Of a stretch of DNA of 34,525 bases, positions 32,757-34,525 are shown piece after piece. The DNA is from Nanobdellota archaeon. Its GTDB lineage: Archaea > Nanobdellota > Nanobdellia > Woesearchaeales > GW2011-AR9. The translations under genes and the position numbers were made by a program. The notes below the pieces were generated by a model, which did no database searches, was not told the origin of the DNA, and saw nothing but the letters and a program-made list of their open reading frames with translations. The stretch's first letter is position 1. Each line of letters opens with the position of its first letter. The stretch spans positions 1-34,525 of the forward strand of contig JBBSWE010000185.1 of assembly GCA_038046445.1 (NCBI GenBank). Reading direction: 5' to 3'.

Positions 32757-34364
32757 TTACTCTTCCTTTTTCAACAAGATTTCAGCTACGGCAGCATAAG
32801 CTGGCCGAGCTACCAGCACCCCAAAGGATATTCCGACGATGGTAGTAAAGGCAAATCCTTTCAACATTCCTGCTCCGGCAAACCATAAGGGAATCATGGA
32901 AGCTACCGCCGTTAAGTACGCTCCCATAATGATATACAAAGCATTTTTAATACGTACTTTCCAATCCGTAGCGGTTACTTCTCCCCGTACCGTTTCATCG
33001 GTAATAACTACTAAATGATCCACTGCCGTACCAATAACTATCAAAATACCGGCAATAGCCGCTAAATCTAAATTCCATCCTACTAAAGCGGCAAAACCTA
33101 ACACTAACATGATTTCAGAAACAATAGTTAAAACTAAAGGAACTACTATGCGCGGTTTTCTATATCTAATCGTAACTACAATACTAACCACAATAATTGC
33201 TAGTAACCCTACGAAGAGAATATTATTTAAAAATTCCTTACCTAAAGAAGGAGAGATGGTGTCCATCTTTACGATTTCCAACTTTACGGGCAGGCTTCCG
33301 GTAATGATGATAGTTTGCAAACGTTTCATATTCTGCAAGGTAGTAGCCATAGCTTGCTGCTGGTTAAGCCCGGAACCAGAACCAGAAATTTGAATATCAG
33401 TTGTTGCTCTTCCTTTCAATTCTGCTCCAATCTTCAAACGATCCACTTCCTTATCATCTAAAAATAAAACAATATCGTCGCTCAAATAATTTTCTCCACT
33501 CTGCTCTCCACTAACTACCGATAGCTTGTTAGTTAAGGCAGCTTGTCGTTCTGCCGCTTCCTGACTTAAGCTAATGCTAAAGAAAAAACTGCAAGCGGAT
33601 CCTCCTTGCACCGCAAAGCAGCCTCTATTTGGATCGATTCCAGAACATTGCGCACTTCTACAAACATAAGTAATATCTTTCTTTCCGCCAAAGAAAACCG
33701 TCTCGTTTCCGATCTTCGCTTCAAATTTTCCTTGCTTGCTTAATAAATCTCGAACTTCATCTTCAGTTACTCCGGCAATTTCGATCAGAATATATTCTTC
33801 TCCGGCTAAATCAGAAGCAGTTCTGACTGTAACATCGCTTAAACCATAAACATTTAATCTTTCCTTTAAAGTATCAACGGTAGTAGAAAGATCTTCCGTG
33901 CTTACCGCTTCGGCGGGTTTAAGTAAAACTCGGGTTCCCCCTTCTAATTCTAATCCTTTACGCAAATTGCTGGTGGGGGCATCATAAACTTTCAATCCTA
34001 AATCAATAGTCCCTTCTGAAGCTAATTCCTTAGTAACTAAAGTATAAGATTTCTTATTCGTTTCAACTCTAACACTTCGATTTAAATCTAACTTATTTAT
34101 AGAAGAATAATAATCTAGAGTAGAAACTATCTTTTCCCCATTAATAGAAATAATCTTTTCTTTAGCAAGAGGAGTAAGCTTAGAGGTCGGACTTTGCATT
34201 CCCGCTTCAGAAGCAGAAGAGTTAGTAGAAACACTTCGGATAGCTACTCCTTCATCCCAAAAATGAGGAACGATTCCGCCGTTGATAGAAAAATAAGCAA
34301 AAACTACAAAGATTAATAATAAAACCACTCTCCAGTTGGTGAATATTTTTTTCCAGTGAATCAT
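32757..34364 (-). CDS. secD: protein-export membrane protein SecD
   Basis: 535 aa. N-terminal TM, a large periplasmic-type domain with 'LRKGLELEGGTRVLLKP' (the GLDLxGG-like motif), and a C-terminal six-TM bundle. Confidence 0.85.
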   Translation of the reverse strand: MIHWKKIFTNWRVVLLLIFVVFAYFSINGGIVPHFWDEGVAIRSVSTNSSASEAGMQSPTSKLTPLAKEKIISINGEKIVSTLDYYSSINKLDLNRSVRVETNKKSYTLVTKELASEGTIDLGLKVYDAPTSNLRKGLELEGGTRVLLKPAEAVSTEDLSTTVDTLKERLNVYGLSDVTVRTASDLAGEEYILIEIAGVTEDEVRDLLSKQGKFEAKIGNETVFFGGKKDITYVCRSAQCSGIDPNRGCFAVQGGSACSFFFSISLSQEAAERQAALTNKLSVVSGEQSGENYLSDDIVLFLDDKEVDRLKIGAELKGRATTDIQISGSGSGLNQQQAMATTLQNMKRLQTIIITGSLPVKLEIVKMDTISPSLGKEFLNNILFVGLLAIIVVSIVVTIRYRKPRIVVPLVLTIVSEIMLVLGFAALVGWNLDLAAIAGILIVIGTAVDHLVVITDETVRGEVTATDWKVRIKNALYIIMGAYLTAVASMIPLWFAGAGMLKGFAFTTIVGISFGVLVARPAYAAVAEILLKKEE

Positions 34365-34374
34365 TTTATCCCGT

Positions 34375-34525
34375 TTAATTTTGTTTTGAATTATGCTTTT
34401 TTTCTAAATACCATCTTAGTATAGATACATTTTGAATCCAAGTCATAACCATATCCACAAACATTCCGATTAAGACGATTAACATAATTTGACGGATAGT
34501 TTCGCTTTGCACAAAGATAAATGCT
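34375..34525 (-). CDS. secF: protein-export membrane protein SecF, C-terminal end (partial, runs off the window)
   Basis: The minus-strand frame reads AFIFVQSETIRQIMLIVLIGMFVDMVMTWIQNVSILRWYLEKKHNSKQN*. This looks like the last TM of SecF, and the ORF ends 10 nt before the secD ATG. Confidence 0.65.
   Translation of the reverse strand, partial: AFIFVQSETIRQIMLIVLIGMFVDMVMTWIQNVSILRWYLEKKHNSKQN

Noticed and set aside
1-34525. CRISPR arrays, rRNA genes, prophage or integrase signatures next to the tRNA.
   Set aside because: I saw no regularly spaced direct repeats, no rRNA-like conserved blocks, and no integrase or att-like duplication of the tRNA 3' end.

Overview
Visibly AT-rich archaeal chromosomal window. 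Archaeal identity rests on PCNA, NAC, Sec61beta, an archaeal-type RNase J, an RNase P RNA, an intron-laden tRNA, and TATA-box or leaderless gene starts. Small, tightly packed genes and a retroelement suggest a DPANN-like lineage, but that is inference only. Gene content in order: an scpB-like operon; a heavily sequon-decorated lamin-tail-domain surface protein; three small coiled-coil genes; a membrane-tethered wHTH regulator; two tandem paralogs with a degenerate PP-loop and a QueC-like Cys motif; a class-II-like tRNA carrying about 86 nt of intervening sequence; a methyltransferase; RNase J; PCNA; a roughly 7-kb copper-handling island (TM-wHTH, SHOCT, cupredoxin, CopZ, an HMA-permease-cupredoxin fusion, a DUF2318-like lipoprotein, VKOR, ArsR, CopA, DUF2892); GNAT; a PRC-barrel protein; TraB; RNase P RNA; Sec61beta-NAC; a MinD operon; an ArnE/F-like pair; and SecD/SecF. 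The standout is a diversity-generating retroelement (DGR) on the minus strand at 26.5-30.0 kb. Its 92-bp template and variable repeats lie exactly 500 bp apart, and 17 of their 18 mismatches fall on template adenines. The target is a 288-aa protein with no signal peptide. The DGR-type reverse transcriptase has been cleanly split by a 1189-bp IS element with 16-bp perfect inverted repeats and a 7-bp target-site duplication. Removing the IS in silico restores one continuous RT reading frame. All domain and family calls come from motif recognition by eye; no database search was possible.
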